Of a DNA stretch of 64,000 bases, positions 62,000 through 64,000 are shown piece by piece (the stretch's first letter is position 1; each line of letters begins with the position of its first letter). Made by a program: the position numbers and the translations under genes. The notes under the pieces are model-generated. The model ran no database searches. It was not told the DNA's origin and saw only the letters and a list, made by a program, of their open reading frames with translations. Origin of the DNA: Leucoraja ocellata (Eukaryota); the NCBI GenBank assembly GCA_036785375.1, contig JAWMAR010000013.1, positions 6,634,001 through 6,698,000 on the forward strand, read 5' to 3'.

Positions 62000-62417
62000 C
62001 AGTGCCCTCCATAATGTTTGGGACAAAGACCCATCATTTATTTATTTGCCTCTGTACTCCACAATTTGAGATCTGTAATAGCAAAAAATCGTATGTGGTT
62101 AAAGTGCACATTGTCAGATTTTATTAAAGGGTATTTTTATACATTTTTGTTTCACCATGTAGAAATTACAACTGTGTTTATACATAGCCCCACCATTTCA
62201 GGGCACCATAATGTTTGGGACACATGGCTTCATAAGCGTTTGTAATTGCTCGGGTGTGTTTAATTGCCTCCTTAATGCAGGTAATGCAGAGAGCTCTCAG
62301 CACCTAGTCTTTCCTCCAGTCTTTCCATCACCTTTGGAAACTTTTATTGCTGCTTATCAACATGAGGACAATGAAAGTTGTGCCAATGAAAGTCAAGGAA
62401 GCCATTATGAGACTGAG
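62000..62417 (+). mobile_element. Tc1-like (IR/DR type) DNA transposon, left end and transposase start
   Basis: TA|CAGTGCCCTCCATAATGTTTGGGACA, with an inner direct repeat CCATAATGTTTGGGACA at ~62206-62222. The ATG at 62362 gives MRTMKVVPMKVKEAIMRL before the interruption. Confidence 0.8.
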
Positions 62418-64000
62418 TGTGGCGCCATCTTGTCTCCAAGCCATTTGTTCTCAAACCTTTGATTATCGCGCTCGAACTCTCACGTGATCTGCGCCGACCA
62501 ATCACGCGGTAAAGGGGGCGGACGGTTGGTGAGATTTGAGAACAAAGGAGTTGAAGGTTAACTGGTGTGCTCACAAACTACAGCAAGGATTTTGGTTAAA
62601 TATATTTACTGAATGCACGTGAGTGCCGGGGATGTATCTATTAATAAAGACACACAGTGTGTACACAATGCCTGGACTTCTACAGTGGTGACACCGATGA
62701 TCCAAAACGGCTTATTTTGGATTTTACCATATTTGCAGCCGACAATCTAGACCAGCATAATGCAGTTTCCATCAAACTGTCCATTTTCTGGACATCACAG
62801 CCCCACGTGAGGCTCGAACAGGCTGAAGCCCAGTTCCCCATTTGACAGATTACTGCCGATGCGACTAAATACTACTATGTGGTCAGTGCGCTGGATCAGG
62901 ACACTGCCGGGCACCTAATCGATTACCTTCACCAGCTGTAGGCAAGTACGAGGGCCTCAAAATGCACCTTTTGCGCACTTTTGGTCTCAGCCGCCGTGAT
63001 AGGGCAGCCAAACTCCTTTACATGGATGGCATCGGCGACCGCAAGCCGTCCATGCTTATGAACGAATTGCTCACCTTGCTGAACTGCCACGAGCCCTGCC
63101 TCCTATTTGAGCAAAGTTGCCTGATGACGTTTGCCTGCTCCTCGCGGATGAGGATTTCACCGACGGTGGCTGTGACAGGCGAAACAGCATGGTGGCGCCA
63201 CCATCGGTCGGGTGTCGGCGGTGCCTCGGCGGGTTCAAACGACTGGTCCCAGCCTCCACCAAAGTGAGGCCGGCCACGAGCGATGCCGGCAAAGGTACGT
63301 GGTGTACACCCACCAAAGGTGGGGTTCTGAGGCCCGCCGATGCCAACCACCCTGCGCGCATCCGGGAAACACCTCGGCCGGCCTCCAGTAGTGGCTACTG
63401 CGGCCGGCCAGAAGCATCACCTCCTCTACACCTGGGACCATCATTCAGAGCGGCATTTTCTCGTGAACACGGGAGCAGAGGTCAGCGTTTTTCCCCCCCC
63501 ATCGGGAGACGACACTCCTGCAACGGCAGCAACATCAGGACGTACGTAGTCTGCACGATCCCACTCACTTTCGACTCCTGTCATTTCATCTGGCCTTTCA
63601 CTATCGCTGACGTCTCCCAACCGCTGCTGGACGGCGTTTTGCTCTGGGCACACAGCTTGCTGGTCAACATGAAGGGATAAGTCTCGTCCATTCTGAGACC
63701 TTCAATTGCCTTGCGCCACGCTGACTTGACTGCGCTGCATCTCGGCTCGGTGACCCTCCGATAACGAGTACGCCCGAATCTTGGCCGATTTCCCTGACAT
63801 CCTAACCCCCCCCCCCCAGTTCACAACGGCCATCCCCAAGCATGGGGTAAAGCACCATATCCCCACCACCAGACCGCCACTCCATGCACACGCACGCACG
63901 CAGGCTGGCCCCCGACGAGCTCCAACTGACCAGGGTCGAGTTCCGCAGGATGGAGGAAATGTGCATTGTGCGCCACTCAGACAGTCCGTAGGCATCTCCG
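62418..64000 (+). mobile_element. Degenerate Gypsy retrotransposon: 5' LTR (62418-62684), tRNA-Trp-like PBS, gag, protease, start of RT
   Basis: TGT...TACA LTR with AATAAA, and PBS TGGTGACACCGATGAT at 62686. Gag AVSIKLSIFWTSQP..QAEAQF; protease FLVNTGAEVSVFP (catalytic D changed to N); pre-RT HGVKHHIPT...IVRHSDSP*ASP. Contains stops and frameshifts. Confidence 0.9.

Overview
This is AT-rich, CpG-depleted vertebrate genomic DNA. The repeat content (HE1/V-SINE-like elements, abundant CR1 and Penelope pieces) suggests a cartilaginous fish such as a skate or ray; that assignment is inference. The window holds 14 consecutive coding exons of RC3H2 (Roquin-2) on the + strand (25247-60784, 2812 coding nt). 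All introns are GT-AG with consistent phases, and the exons encode the RING, ROQ/HEPN, CCCH zinc-finger and Pro-rich regions. The last exons lie beyond the window, and the first ~25 kb is probably a long 5'-UTR intron. The introns carry CR1, Penelope, Rex/Babar, V-SINE, Gypsy, Tc1, Tigger, Harbinger-MITE and Helitron remnants. The standout is a 138-bp TSD-flanked short retroelement (2200-2337, minus strand) whose first 54 nt fold into a complete minimal HDV/CPEB3-like self-cleaving ribozyme, with G1 exactly at the insertion boundary. There are also many decayed minimal hammerhead motifs in Penelope-type terminal repeats, several of which form long fold-back hairpins, plus a very young internally deleted LTR element and two apparent locally templated insertions. 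Repeat boundaries are approximate, and family names come from motif recognition rather than database searches.
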